Positions 47,927-57,987 of a DNA stretch of 64,000 bases are shown one piece after another; position 1 is the first letter of the stretch; each line of letters begins with the position of its first letter. Origin of the DNA: a bacterium. Lineage in GTDB: Bacteria; Auribacterota; UBA3054. The translations under genes were made by a program, and so were the position numbers. The stretch is taken from the NCBI GenBank assembly GCA_017539325.1, contig JAFYHD010000067.1, positions 821 through 64,820 on the forward strand, written 5' to 3'. Below the pieces are notes generated by a model, which saw only the letters and a list, made by a program, of their open reading frames with translations, was not told the origin of the DNA and searched no databases.

Positions 47927-48660
47927 CTTCTCTCCCTCGCTTTTAAAATTTCTTCCGTGGCGGCCAGGTCTTCCGGGGTGTCTATGCCGGGAGCCGCGCC
48001 GTCCACTTTCACGCAGACTATCCTCATGCCGTTCTCGAGCGCTCTCAGCTGCTCGAGTTTCTCGCTCTGCTCCAAAGGAGAGGCGGGCATTTTCGCGAAA
48101 CTCAAAAGGGCCTCCCTCTTATAACAGTAGAGCCCGATGTGGGCGAAGTACGAGGCCTTGAAATCGTCCCTAGGATAAGGAATGGGCGCTCTGGAAAAAT
48201 ACAGCGCTCTCTCCTTTTGGTCGAGGACGACCTTCACTTTGTTGGGATTCTGGGCTTCTTCCCTGCTCACCGGGTAAACGAGCGTTGACCAGTCGGCGTC
48301 GGACTTTTCCAAAGCATCTATGGCCTTTTCGACGGCCACGGGGTCGATCAGCGGTTCATCGCCCTGAATGTTGACGACGATGTCGGGCGTAACGTCAAGT
48401 TTTCCCAGAGCCTCGACGATCCTGTCCGTTCCGCAGCAGTGGTCGCTTCTGGTCATGATGGCCGTATGCCCTGAGTGCGCGACCGCCTCCGCGATCCTTT
48501 CGTCGTCGGTGGCGACGTAAACGCGGGAAAGATTCCTGACTTTAGACGCAGCGGCGCAGACGTGGGCTATTACCGGCAAGCCCCTTAATAATTTCAGGGG
48601 TTTGCCGGGAAAGCGCGTCGACGCGTAGCGCGCCGGAATTATCCCAACGTTCAGGGACAT
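47923..48660 (-). CDS. kdsB: 3-deoxy-manno-octulosonate cytidylyltransferase
   Basis: IIPARYASTRFPGKPL N-terminal motif; ATGA overlap with kdsA. Confidence 0.9.
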   Translation of the reverse strand: MSLNVGIIPARYASTRFPGKPLKLLRGLPVIAHVCAAASKVRNLSRVYVATDDERIAEAVAHSGHTAIMTRSDHCCGTDRIVEALGKLDVTPDIVVNIQGDEPLIDPVAVEKAIDALEKSDADWSTLVYPVSREEAQNPNKVKVVLDQKERALYFSRAPIPYPRDDFKASYFAHIGLYCYKREALLSFAKMPASPLEQSEKLEQLRALENGMRIVCVKVDGAAPGIDTPEDLAATEEILKARERS

Positions 48661-48671
48661 AAACAGGTTCT

Positions 48672-48902
48672 TTAGGCCTTCGTTACTTTGCCGGAGCGGA
48701 TGCAGCGGGCACAGACGGTGGCGGTAAGAACGGTGCCGTCTTCAGTTCTGACGCGGACCTTCTGAAGATTCGGCATGAAACGACGGACGGAGATGCCGGT
48801 GGTGTGCAAGCCGATGCCGCCTTTCTTTTTCGGAATACCGTGACGGATGATCTTTTTGCCGACAGAGGGCTTCTTGCCGCAGATATCGCATTCTTTAGAC
48901 AT
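48672..48902 (-). CDS. rpmB: 50S ribosomal protein L28
   Basis: MSKECDICGKKPSVGKKIIRHG...GKVTKA, an L28 signature of 76 aa. Confidence 0.85.
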   Translation of the reverse strand: MSKECDICGKKPSVGKKIIRHGIPKKKGGIGLHTTGISVRRFMPNLQKVRVRTEDGTVLTATVCARCIRSGKVTKA

Positions 48903-48952
48903 ATTTGTCTCCTTGTTTTTTTGTTTATTTTAATTTGTTATTTGTTTTCAAA

Positions 48953-49573
48953 TTACCAGCGCTCGACAGCCTGCTCGCAGATGTGCTGGGCAAGGTCCGA
49001 GCAAGCGAGCAGAATGGCCTGATGGCGCGTCTGTGAAATGTCGTCGGTCGTCAGGAGGTCGTATTTCCCCCTCACCCTGCTTCTGCTCCAGATGGCGACG
49101 GGCTCGCCGTCCTGGTATTCGTACATGGTGATGTTGGCGTAGACGATCGCCCTGAAAGCCGTGGCCACGCCGGCGGCGTTGGCGTTGTCGTTCTTGTCGA
49201 CGAACTGCGTGGGCCTGAAGACCAGATCGACCAGCTGGACTCTCAGTTCGCCGTCAGCCTCTTCGGCCGTGGGAACCACTTCGTAAGTCTGCTCTTTCGT
49301 GAACTCGCTGATGATCTGGTTCGTGACTTCCATCAGAAGATGCGGCTCGTTGACCTTTTCCGGAATGTAAGAAATGCGCGGAATGTGCAGCTTCTTGATG
49401 TTGTCTTCGCGCTGAGGAGAGCCCAGTGTGTAGCCCATTATGCTGATCGGCGTGTCGGCGGAATGATCCCTCTCGCACCCCGCGATAAGGGTGAGAAGGA
49501 ACGCTCCGGCTATAAGGGGGAATAATTTCATGTTGATCACCTTTAGTCGATGCGGTGAAGTTCCTCGCGGCAC
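48953..49573 (-). CDS. hypothetical lipoprotein
   Basis: Lipobox LIAGC; 206 aa; no catalytic motifs. Confidence 0.5.
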   Translation of the reverse strand: MPRGTSPHRLKVINMKLFPLIAGAFLLTLIAGCERDHSADTPISIMGYTLGSPQREDNIKKLHIPRISYIPEKVNEPHLLMEVTNQIISEFTKEQTYEVVPTAEEADGELRVQLVDLVFRPTQFVDKNDNANAAGVATAFRAIVYANITMYEYQDGEPVAIWSRSRVRGKYDLLTTDDISQTRHQAILLACSDLAQHICEQAVERW

Positions 49574-52263
49574 TTCTGGATGCGGGTGTCGAGGACGTCC
49601 ATGTGACGCCAGTTGGGAGGAGCCTGCGCCTTCAGGGCGTTGAAGGAATCCAGAGCCTGGCCGTAATAGAAGCGGGCGTTGACCGAATCGTTCTGATTCT
49701 GATAAGCCTCGGCTCTCTGCACCAGATTGTAAGCTTTCTTATAGGCGTTGATCAGCGTCGTCTCGCTGGAATAGTCCTTCACGTTCTTCTCTTCGACCGT
49801 TCTCTGATACTGTTCCTGGCTGATGGCGGTGGAGACGCGGCCGGCATCCGGCATGGTGCGGATCTTCGTGCCTTCGGGAGCTTTCACGATGGCGTCCTTG
49901 TTCAGGTCGCTGTTTTCCTCCGTAAGTCCCTTGGGCAGGACGGAAACGAGCTCTTCGTCGGTTATGGTCACGCCAGTCGTGGTCTTGACAGGCTGCTCTT
50001 CAGCCTTCGGCTTTTCGTCTTCAAAAGCGGGCTTCGTCACTTCCCTGGTCACTCTGAGACCGGTGTTGGTCGTGACGTTGATCTTTATAGCCTGTTCTTT
50101 GGGCTCGGTCTGGACAGGGATTATGCTGCTGACCAGCTCGTCCGCGGGATTCTCTTTGACTTCGGCCGTAACATTGGCGGTCGAAAGCTGCGGCTTCGGC
50201 TGTTCCGGAGTCACGACTTCAAAGCTCGGCTTGCTGACGTTGGCGGTCACTTTCACAGTGGGCTCGCTAACGGGAACGCTCGTCTCGACCTGGAAGGAAG
50301 GCGCGTAATTGGAAACGACGGGTTTCGTCTCGACGGGCTTGGTCTCGATGACCGTTGTCGTGCCGGAAACATTGCCGGAAACATCCCTGAAGACCGGGGC
50401 GGATCCGGTGCCGGTATAGCTGGCTTTCGGAGGAGCGGAGACGACGACGGAACTGCTGGAATTGTAACCGGCCAGTTCCGAAGAGGAGACCGTGCTGTAT
50501 TTGGGGGGATCGCTGGTCACGACTTCGTCGAAATTCTCGGCCTGGGAGATGGTCTGCCAGCTGGAGGACTGGATGCGGCTCGTCGGCTGGGAAACGGAGG
50601 GTTTCGGCGCTTCGTTGACAGGAGCGGTGAAGGTCGGCTCCGTCACGCGCGGCGGTTCCGTCACGGCAACGGTCTGCACCGGCTGAGTGACAGGCTGCGT
50701 CTTGACTTCCGTGCCGGGCACGGGCGCCCAGACGTTCTCGATTTTCTGGACCGGCTTGGTCTCAAATTCTTCTTTTCTGATCTCCGTGACCACGATCTCG
50801 TTCAGCGGTTTTTCCTCTTTTATGACCTGCTCCTTCACGTAAGTGGAGGCCGAAACTTTGCTGACGGGAGGAGGAACGGCGTCGGGATTGCTCTGCTGAT
50901 AAAGCTTGAGCAACGCGTCGCTGGCCTGCTGGGCTTCGGCTTCCTTCTCATACTCGTCCTTCATGAAGGTGGTCAGTTCCTGCTTTTTGCCGGGATCCTG
51001 GAGATATTCGTTCATGACCTGACGGGACTGTTTCTGACGCCAGTCGTCGCCGGTGGCGGCCATCGAGGAGCTTGAGGAACTGAGAGCGGCCGTTCTTTCG
51101 ACACGCTGGTCTTCCGTCTTGGCCGGGTCCTTCTTCAAAGGATAGTTGGAGCTGCTTTCGGAGTCGAAGGCGCTGCCGTTGTTGGTGATCTCAGGAGTCT
51201 TGACGGGAGCGGAGACGGGGCGCGTCTCGTCGAAGGGAGCGCTGGAGGCCTTGGGGGTGCCGAAAGCGTCGGTATCATTGCTCTTGAAAGACCTGACGGC
51301 TTCGTCCTGTTCTTTCTGGGAGCTGACGGCGCCGGCGTCCGGGGTCGGGTCGACATAGGTCACCTTGTCTTTCGGCATGCCCTGGACCGGTTCGCCCTTG
51401 AGGGCGGCCAGGCGCATCTTCGCCTTGTCGGCGCAATCGGTGTCGGGATACTCGGAGACGAGCAGCTCGTAGTGCATGATGGCGGACTTGGCGTGGCCTG
51501 AGTAGTCGTAGTAATAAGCCTGGTCGTAGAGGGACTGGGCCTTGCGGTCCCTGAGGGCGCGGATGTGAGCCTGGGCGTCGCCCACGTGCTCAGCGGTCGG
51601 GAATTCCCTGATATAGTTGCGGAAGCTCGCGATGGCGCGGTCGGTGCTGGTCTGGTCGTAGTCGGCCGCCACAGCCGCAGCGGAGTCGACTATGCCGAGC
51701 ATGAAGGCCGAGTCGTCGACGAGCTGCGAAGTCGGGAAATTCTGGCAGACAGCCTCGAAAGATTCCCTTGCCGGGCCGTACTTCTTCAGATTGTACTGGG
51801 CCATGCCGAGGGAATACTGGGCGGCCGGAGAAGCCTCGCCGTAAGGAGAATTCTCAAGTATCTTGCTGAAGATCTTCTCAGCCACGGAGTAGCGCTTGTA
51901 TTCCATGTAATGGTTGCCGATCCTCATCTGGTTGCGTGTGATGACCGACATCTTCGTGAACTCTTTGTGATTGTCCCAGATCTCCTGGTAGGCCTCGAAG
52001 GCCGCGTACGGATCGCCGAGCTTGTTCTCGCAAAGCGCTATGTATTCCCAGCCTCTCACGGCCCTGGCGGAACGGGGGAAATCTTCCTGCATCTTGCGGA
52101 AAAGTTTGAGCGCGCCGGAATAGTCTCCGGTCTCGTAAGCCGTGACGCCCTGCTGGAAAAGCGAAGAAGCGGTCTGGGCTGAAGTTTCAGCGGCAGCCGA
52201 GGACAGACAGACGGCAGTCATAAGGCCCGTAAGAAAAATGGTGCGCAATAATTGAGATTTCAT
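49543..52263 (-). CDS. TPR-repeat protein with a BamD-like N-terminal region, a long Pro/Thr/Ser/Val-rich low-complexity middle and a C-terminal domain
   Basis: Signal peptide; BamD/YfiO-like TPR segment (QQGVTAYETGDYSGALKLFRKMQEDFPRS...); ~450 aa low-complexity PT/ST-rich region; 906 aa. Confidence 0.6.
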   Translation of the reverse strand: MKSQLLRTIFLTGLMTAVCLSSAAAETSAQTASSLFQQGVTAYETGDYSGALKLFRKMQEDFPRSARAVRGWEYIALCENKLGDPYAAFEAYQEIWDNHKEFTKMSVITRNQMRIGNHYMEYKRYSVAEKIFSKILENSPYGEASPAAQYSLGMAQYNLKKYGPARESFEAVCQNFPTSQLVDDSAFMLGIVDSAAAVAADYDQTSTDRAIASFRNYIREFPTAEHVGDAQAHIRALRDRKAQSLYDQAYYYDYSGHAKSAIMHYELLVSEYPDTDCADKAKMRLAALKGEPVQGMPKDKVTYVDPTPDAGAVSSQKEQDEAVRSFKSNDTDAFGTPKASSAPFDETRPVSAPVKTPEITNNGSAFDSESSSNYPLKKDPAKTEDQRVERTAALSSSSSSMAATGDDWRQKQSRQVMNEYLQDPGKKQELTTFMKDEYEKEAEAQQASDALLKLYQQSNPDAVPPPVSKVSASTYVKEQVIKEEKPLNEIVVTEIRKEEFETKPVQKIENVWAPVPGTEVKTQPVTQPVQTVAVTEPPRVTEPTFTAPVNEAPKPSVSQPTSRIQSSSWQTISQAENFDEVVTSDPPKYSTVSSSELAGYNSSSSVVVSAPPKASYTGTGSAPVFRDVSGNVSGTTTVIETKPVETKPVVSNYAPSFQVETSVPVSEPTVKVTANVSKPSFEVVTPEQPKPQLSTANVTAEVKENPADELVSSIIPVQTEPKEQAIKINVTTNTGLRVTREVTKPAFEDEKPKAEEQPVKTTTGVTITDEELVSVLPKGLTEENSDLNKDAIVKAPEGTKIRTMPDAGRVSTAISQEQYQRTVEEKNVKDYSSETTLINAYKKAYNLVQRAEAYQNQNDSVNARFYYGQALDSFNALKAQAPPNWRHMDVLDTRIQKCREELHRID

Positions 52264-52302
52264 ATGCGTCTCCTTGCGGAAAAATTAACGGTCTTTCGAA
52301 AT

Positions 52303-52974
52303 TTATTTGGAGCTTTCAGCTTCGGTTTCGGCTTCGGCGGTCTCTTCGGGATAGTTCCCGTTCTTGCGCCAGATGGAGTCGGTTATGTCTTCGATAAGCG
52401 GGGAATCCTTGAGATCCTCGAGCTCTTTGGCGGCCGCAAGGGCCTCCTCGTCCTTGCCCTGCAGGGCGTAGATCTTGAAGAGCAGATATTTGGCGTTCTG
52501 GGCGTGCTCGCCCTTCATAAGCTTCTCATTGAGAATGTTGACGGCTTGGTCGTAATCGCCCTCGCCGACGTAGCAGCGCGCCACGGACAGCCAGGCGGCG
52601 TCAGCGTATTCGTCATTGGGATATTCCTTGGCGACTCTCGTGTAGTATTCCCTGGCGAGCGCGTAGTTCGTCGAGGAGGCCGCCTCGGAGGCCAGCCTCA
52701 GGAGGGCGCTCTTGGCGCCGTGGGTCCCGGGGTACTTGTTGGGGATCTCGGAAAGAGCGACGGTATTCGTTCCGGCGTTGGCCAAGTTGTTCTCGGCGTT
52801 GGCCTTTTTCGCATTCTTATTGTTGATGATCTGATAAACCGCCACGCAGAGGACGAGCAGTATCAAAATACCCAGAAGGATGGAATTGCGTTTTTTGACC
52901 ACCGTGACAGTGATCTTCTCGAGTTCTTCATGCACCGCGTCGTGACGCAGTTCCTTTTTTGTTAAGCCAGCCAT
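52303..52974 (-). CDS. membrane-anchored TPR-repeat protein
   Basis: One TM helix (ILLGILILLVLCVAVYQII) followed by TPR repeats (YALAREYYTRVAKEYPNDEYADAAWLSVARCYVGEGDYDQAVN...). Confidence 0.6.
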   Translation of the reverse strand: MAGLTKKELRHDAVHEELEKITVTVVKKRNSILLGILILLVLCVAVYQIINNKNAKKANAENNLANAGTNTVALSEIPNKYPGTHGAKSALLRLASEAASSTNYALAREYYTRVAKEYPNDEYADAAWLSVARCYVGEGDYDQAVNILNEKLMKGEHAQNAKYLLFKIYALQGKDEEALAAAKELEDLKDSPLIEDITDSIWRKNGNYPEETAEAETEAESSK

Positions 52975-53037
52975 ATTGCTCCTAAATGCGGAGGTTGAGT
53001 TAATTGATCTTTTGAGCCCGGATCTTTCGGAGCGGAC

Positions 53038-53111
53038 TATCCTCGGCCGGATTCGAACCGGCGACCTACGGTTTAGGAAACCGTCGCTCTATCCTGCTGA
53101 GCTACGAGGAC
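53038..53111 (-). tRNA. tRNA-Arg (anticodon CCU), CCA not encoded
   Basis: Minus-strand cloverleaf: acceptor GTCCTCG/CGAGGAT (G1-U72), D-arm GCTC-AGCAGGATA-GAGC, anticodon stem ACGGT/ACCGT with loop TTCCTAA, T-arm GCCGG-TTCGAAT-CCGGC, discriminator A. Confidence 0.75.
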
Positions 53112-53279
53112 AGTCTGTGCCCGAAACATTAAGGCAAATTAAATTCTATTCGTTTATGATACCAAAAGACCTTTTCAGGTTCAAGACGTCTGCCGACAAG
53201 CCCGGATCCGGGAGAGTTGAAGTCCTTGCGCCGCAAGGCGCGTTTGCATTCCACGACCCCTTTTGATACAATCCTAACA

Positions 53280-53394
53280 ATTCAAAAAATTAAGAAAGAA
53301 TATTTTTGCCCTATCCTCGGTTAACATCTGGTTGTTGGCTTAGAGTGGGGTGTATTGCGTCCCAAATGGGGCGCCAACATAAAAGGAGGCAATT
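53280..53394 (+). promoter_or_regulatory. putative rpsO promoter and 5' leader (possible S15 autoregulatory element)
   Basis: AT-rich TTGATA...AAAATTAAG promoter-like stretch and a ~90-nt leader ending in AAAGGAGG 6 nt before the rpsO ATG. Confidence 0.3.
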
Positions 53395-53664
53395 ATGCCT
53401 ATCACAGTTGAACGCAAGCAGGAAGTCATGCAGAAATTCGCTCTGCACGACAAGGACACGGGTTCCTCCGACGTCCAGATCGCTCTCATGACGGAGCGTA
53501 TCTCCCACATCCAGGAGCACCTCAAACAGTTCCCGAAGGACAACAACTCCAGAAGGGGCCTTTTGAAGCTGGTCGCCAAGCGCAGGAAACTACTCGATTA
53601 TCTGCGCGCCACGGCGGAAGACCGCTACAAAGCGCTGCTTGAACAGCTCAACATCCGTAAGTAA
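53395..53664 (+). CDS. rpsO: 30S ribosomal protein S15
   Basis: 89 aa; ...[52 protein letters not shown]... Confidence 0.95.
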   Translation: MPITVERKQEVMQKFALHDKDTGSSDVQIALMTERISHIQEHLKQFPKDNNSRRGLLKLVAKRRKLLDYLRATAEDRYKALLEQLNIRK

Positions 53665-53670
53665 TTACGG

Positions 53671-53710
53671 GCAACGCGCGGTCCAGACGATATCCGGGCC
53701 GCGCGTTTAA
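53671..53710 (+). terminator. rpsO-pnp intergenic hairpin (attenuator / RNase III-type processing stem-loop)
   Basis: GC-rich imperfect hairpin AACGCGCGGTCC...GGGCCGCGCGTT followed by T-rich sequence, upstream of pnp. Confidence 0.4.
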
Positions 53711-53740
53711 ACTTTAATTAATGTTTGGAGTCTTTTTTTT

Positions 53741-55954
53741 ATGGTTTCCCAAGTAGAAACGCAATTTCTGGGCAAAACGCTCAAGATCGAGACCGGCCGC
53801 ATCGCCCGCCAGGCCCACGGCGCCGTTATTTTAAGCTACGATGATCTAGTGCTGCTGGCGACCGCCGTCTCACCATACGAAGTTAAAGAGGATACCGATT
53901 TCTTTCCTTTGACAGTCGATTACCGTGAACGCTTCCCGGCCGTCGGCAAGTTCCCCGGCGGATACATGAAACGCGAGAACCGTCCCACGGACAAAGAGAT
54001 ACTTACCATGCGCTGCATCGACAGGCCCATGCGTCCCCTTTTCCCGGCCGACTATTACAACGAGGTGCAGATCATGCTCCAGGTCCTCAGTGCCAAGCGC
54101 GACGTTGACCCGGACACCATGGCCGTGACCGCCGCTTCCGCGGCCGTCGCCGTCTCCGACATCCCCTTCGCCTGCACGCTGGCGGCCGTCAGAGTCGTCA
54201 AAGTCGACGGCGAACTTATCATAAACCCGAACGACGAGCAGCGCGCCAAGGCTTCCCTCGACTTCGTGGTCGCCGGCTCCGCCACCAAGGTCGTCATGAT
54301 CGAAGGCGAAGCCAAGCAGGCCCCCGAAGCCGACGTGACCGAAGCGATCGCCTACGCCTTCAAGGAGCTCCAGCCCCTCATCAAGGCCCAGGACGAACTG
54401 GCCGCCAAGATCGGCGTCGTTAAGCGCGAATACACTCACATCAAGGCCGGCGAAAAGGCCATGTCCGTCTGTGAGAGCTACCGCGACCGCATCACGGAAG
54501 CCCTCAAGATCACCGGCAAAGCCGAACGCAACGACAAGCTCACCGAGCTCAGGAAAGCCTACGTCGAGGAAGTCCAGGCTATAGAGGAATGCGCCGAGGA
54601 GAACGTCATCGCCCTGAACGTGGCTTTCGAGGACCTGACCGGCGTCTGCTTAAGGAAGCTCATCCGGAACGAAGGTCACAGAGTCGACGGCCGCGGCCTC
54701 GACGAGATCCGCCCCATCACCTGCGAAACGGGCTTTTTGCCCCGCTGCCACGGCTCCGCCCTCTTTACCAGAGGCGAGACCCAGGCGCTCGTTACCCTGA
54801 CGCTCGGCACGGCCGACGACGCCCAGGGCGTCGAAGGATTGGCCGGCGAATCTCAGAAGAAATTCATGCTGCACTACACCTTCCCTCCGTACTCCGTCGG
54901 CGAGGCCAGGCCGCTTAGAGGCCCCGGCCGCCGCGAGATCGGCCACGGCAATCTTGCTGAGCGCAGCCTGAAGTTCCTCGTTCCCGAGAATTTCGACTAC
55001 ACCATCCGCATCACCAGCGACATCACGGAATCCAACGGCTCTTCGTCTATGGCTTCCGTTTGCGGCGGCTGCCTGTCCCTCATGGACGCCGGCGTCCCCA
55101 TCGACGCTCCGGTGGCCGGCATCTCCGTCGGTCTGGTGGCCGATGACGACGAATACACCCTCATCACCGACATCGTCGGCGACGAGGACCACTACGGACA
55201 CATGGACTTCAAGGTGGCCGGCTCCAAGAAAGGCGTGACCGGCGTCCAGGTCGACCTCAAAGTGGAAGGCCTCCCCGTCGATCTGCTGCCCGCGATCTTC
55301 GAAAGAGCCCGCAGCGCCAGACTCCGCATCCTTGACATTATGGCCAAGGAACTGCCCGCGCCGAGGCCGGAACTCTCGCCCTTGGCTCCCAAGATCCTGA
55401 CGATCAAGATCCCGGTCGACAAGATCGGCGCCCTGATCGGCCCCGGCGGCAAAAACGTCCGCGCCATCCAGGAACAGACCGGCACGACCATCTCCATTGA
55501 AGACGACGGCACCGTCCAGATCGCCGGCGACTCCCTCGAGATCGCCCAGAAGGGCAAAGAGATCGTCGAGGCCATGATGGCGACCGCTGAGATCGGCAAG
55601 ACCTATCACGGCACCGTCACGAGGCTCATGAGCTTCGGCGCCTTCGTCAAGATCCTTCCCGACGTGGAAGGCATGGTGCACATCAGCGAGATCAGGGACG
55701 AGCGCGTCGAAAAGATCGAAGACGTCCTGAAAGAAGGCGACGAGGTAGACGTGCGCGTCATCGAGATCGACGACAAGGGCCGCGTCAACCTTACCATGAA
55801 GCACCTTGACGAGCCTTTCGACCCCACGAAGGTCAAGAGCCGCAGCCAAAAGGACAGCGAGCGCCGAGGCCGCTCCGAGGGCGGAAGACCCCGCCGCGAG
55901 GAAAGACGCCCGCGCCGCCAGCAGAGGGACGACAGCCAGGACGACAATGCCTGA
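53741..55954 (+). CDS. pnp: polyribonucleotide nucleotidyltransferase (PNPase)
   Basis: Two RNase PH domains, KH (GPGGKNVRAIQEQTG) and S1 domains, and a basic C-terminal tail. Confidence 0.95.
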   Translation: MVSQVETQFLGKTLKIETGRIARQAHGAVILSYDDLVLLATAVSPYEVKEDTDFFPLTVDYRERFPAVGKFPGGYMKRENRPTDKEILTMRCIDRPMRPLFPADYYNEVQIMLQVLSAKRDVDPDTMAVTAASAAVAVSDIPFACTLAAVRVVKVDGELIINPNDEQRAKASLDFVVAGSATKVVMIEGEAKQAPEADVTEAIAYAFKELQPLIKAQDELAAKIGVVKREYTHIKAGEKAMSVCESYRDRITEALKITGKAERNDKLTELRKAYVEEVQAIEECAEENVIALNVAFEDLTGVCLRKLIRNEGHRVDGRGLDEIRPITCETGFLPRCHGSALFTRGETQALVTLTLGTADDAQGVEGLAGESQKKFMLHYTFPPYSVGEARPLRGPGRREIGHGNLAERSLKFLVPENFDYTIRITSDITESNGSSSMASVCGGCLSLMDAGVPIDAPVAGISVGLVADDDEYTLITDIVGDEDHYGHMDFKVAGSKKGVTGVQVDLKVEGLPVDLLPAIFERARSARLRILDIMAKELPAPRPELSPLAPKILTIKIPVDKIGALIGPGGKNVRAIQEQTGTTISIEDDGTVQIAGDSLEIAQKGKEIVEAMMATAEIGKTYHGTVTRLMSFGAFVKILPDVEGMVHISEIRDERVEKIEDVLKEGDEVDVRVIEIDDKGRVNLTMKHLDEPFDPTKVKSRSQKDSERRGRSEGGRPRREERRPRRQQRDDSQDDNA

Positions 55955-56414
55955 TAATTCCGTCAGCATCCGCTTCCTCAGGCTTCCGGGAACGGAAGAC
56001 CTGCCCCTGCCCTGCTACCAGACCGAAGGTTCCAGCGGACTGGACGTCTGCGCGGCCAACAGGGAGGACATCGTTCTTGAGCCCGGAGGATTTTCCATGA
56101 TCCCGACCGGGCTCAAGGCCGCCCTTCCCCAAGGCTTTGAGATACAGGTGAGGCCGAGAAGCGGCCTGGCGGCCAAGCACGGCATTGGCGTCGTCAACGG
56201 TCCCGGGACCGTGGATTCCGACTACCGAGGAGAGATCCGCGTCATCCTGATCAATTTTGGAAAAGAAAGCTTCACCGTGACCCGCGGCATGCGCATAGCC
56301 CAGTTCGTCGTCCAGAGGGTGGAAAGGGCCGCGGTCGTTTCCTGCTCCGACGAAGCGGAGCTGGGAGAGACCGTCCGCGGCGAAGGCGGCTTCGGACACA
56401 CAGGAATATTGTAA
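55947..56414 (+). CDS. dut: dUTP diphosphatase
   Basis: ATG at 55947 overlaps the pnp stop by 8 nt; dUTPase motifs SSGLDVCA, RPRSGLAAKHGI, GPGTVDSDYRGEIRVILIN, RIAQFV. Confidence 0.9.
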   Translation: MPDNSVSIRFLRLPGTEDLPLPCYQTEGSSGLDVCAANREDIVLEPGGFSMIPTGLKAALPQGFEIQVRPRSGLAAKHGIGVVNGPGTVDSDYRGEIRVILINFGKESFTVTRGMRIAQFVVQRVERAAVVSCSDEAELGETVRGEGGFGHTGIL

Positions 56415-56470
56415 AATAGAATTGAAGACTCCGTTAGGGAAATCATAAATAATCTCTCAGCGAGGAAATT

Positions 56471-57973
56471 ATGAAAAAAGTCATTGCTCTTACCCTAGTC
56501 CTTATCTTCTCCGGCGCGCTTTTCGCCTCTCATGACGAGCCGCCGAAAGTCCTGCAGGTCAAAAAGACCGTAGGCCAGGTCGAATCCAGCGGAACAGCCA
56601 TAACGCTCTATACCCGCCTTTTCGGCCTTGACACTCCCGAAGGCGTGAACGAGCATTACAACCGTTTCCGTCTCTACGACTCCGACACCGTCGCCAACGC
56701 CGACAAGAGCCCCATCCCCAAACGCGCCCTGGAGTTCACAAAGACTAAGAAATACCGCCAGATGTACGGTCCCGACCTGATCCTGACCGGCGAGTACTTC
56801 ATCATAACCGGCCCGAGCTACGCGTTCACCGTCGTTGAGGAGAAGACCAAGCGCATATCCAACGCCGAAAGACTGCAGTCGCTTCTCGACGCAGCCGAGT
56901 CGAATTACGTGGCCGTGACCGAAAAGCTCATAGTCAGCGAGTTCATGGACTGGTCCGACAATCCCGCCCGCATTTTCGTGATCCCCAACCAGGCCATGTG
57001 GCTGAGACTGAGGGACCCGCAGTCGGCCGAACAGATGTGCGCCAACTACTGCACGAGCGACGTCTCCCGCGAGATCGCGATCCTTGACGACGCCAGCTGC
57101 TCCGAGTACGTGCCCCAGACTCTCTGCTACGCCGTGACGGAGCAGATCCTGAAAGAATACGGCCGCGTGCTTTCCGGCCGCCCGGATTCCAAGATCCCGC
57201 TCTTTTTGATGACCGGCATCGCCGGCTATCTCTCCGGCCTGGAAGTCTGCGTCGCTCCCCCGGCTTTCCTTCCCATACAGGTCAGGGAGGTCGTCATAAA
57301 CAGCAAGGCCAAAAAGATCAAAAGGCCGAAAGTCGGCATCATGCTCCCCCTGCAGGCCAAACGCCTGCTGCCCTTCTCCGAACTGAAGGACGCGCAGACT
57401 CTGCCTCAGCTTCCCGAACAGAAGTACTACTTCCTCCGCGAGACTAAGGGCGTCGTCGAGAAACTCTGGAAGGAATCCCCCTTGGGCATGCTGAGCCTGA
57501 TCCGCTCCCTCAGCTCCGGCCGCAACTTTGACAAAGAGTTCAGCCTCTCCTACTGCGAGATGCAGCGCGGCATCATCGGCACGGAAGTCAAAGAACAGAA
57601 GCCCACGACCAACGTGGTGGTCGTCGGCGAAGCCGATCTGAAATATCTGGAAAAAGCTTCCAACCGTCTCTTCTACGAAATGACGCAGGAAAAGATGACG
57701 GAAGACATCATAAAGGCCAAGAAGGCCAAAGAAGAGGCTAAGAAGGCTGCTGAGGCCGCCGGCGAAGCCGCGCCTACTGAAGGCGAAGGCGAAGGCGAAG
57801 CGAAACCGGAAGACGGCGCTGATGAGACCGCTCCGGCCGCCGAAGCCGAAAAGGAACCTGAGGCGGAAGCCAAAGCTCCTGAAAAAGCCGACGAGGCCCC
57901 CAAGGAACCGGAACCGGAAGCCGCCGCTCCGGAAAAGGAAGCCAAACCCGAAACTGAAAGCTCTAACTCTTAA
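56471..57973 (+). CDS. hypothetical secreted protein with an E/A/K/P-rich low-complexity C-terminal tail
   Basis: Signal peptide; conserved SGRNFDKEF segment shared with the downstream paralog; C-terminal ~100 aa AEAAGEAAPTEGEGEGEAKPE... repeats. Confidence 0.55.
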   Translation: MKKVIALTLVLIFSGALFASHDEPPKVLQVKKTVGQVESSGTAITLYTRLFGLDTPEGVNEHYNRFRLYDSDTVANADKSPIPKRALEFTKTKKYRQMYGPDLILTGEYFIITGPSYAFTVVEEKTKRISNAERLQSLLDAAESNYVAVTEKLIVSEFMDWSDNPARIFVIPNQAMWLRLRDPQSAEQMCANYCTSDVSREIAILDDASCSEYVPQTLCYAVTEQILKEYGRVLSGRPDSKIPLFLMTGIAGYLSGLEVCVAPPAFLPIQVREVVINSKAKKIKRPKVGIMLPLQAKRLLPFSELKDAQTLPQLPEQKYYFLRETKGVVEKLWKESPLGMLSLIRSLSSGRNFDKEFSLSYCEMQRGIIGTEVKEQKPTTNVVVVGEADLKYLEKASNRLFYEMTQEKMTEDIIKAKKAKEEAKKAAEAAGEAAPTEGEGEGEAKPEDGADETAPAAEAEKEPEAEAKAPEKADEAPKEPEPEAAAPEKEAKPETESSNS

Positions 57974-57987
57974 GTGAGGTCACGATC

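Noticed and set aside
52976-53266. 96-aa plus-strand ORF overlapping the tRNA-Arg gene
   Set aside because: Overlaps a well-folding tRNA on the opposite strand and lacks an RBS; spurious.
55806-56414. ORF-track version of dut beginning at 55806 (202 aa), deep inside pnp
   Set aside because: The N-terminal 47 residues are an Arg/Ala-rich out-of-frame read of the pnp tail. The ATG at 55947 gives a standard 155-aa dUTPase.
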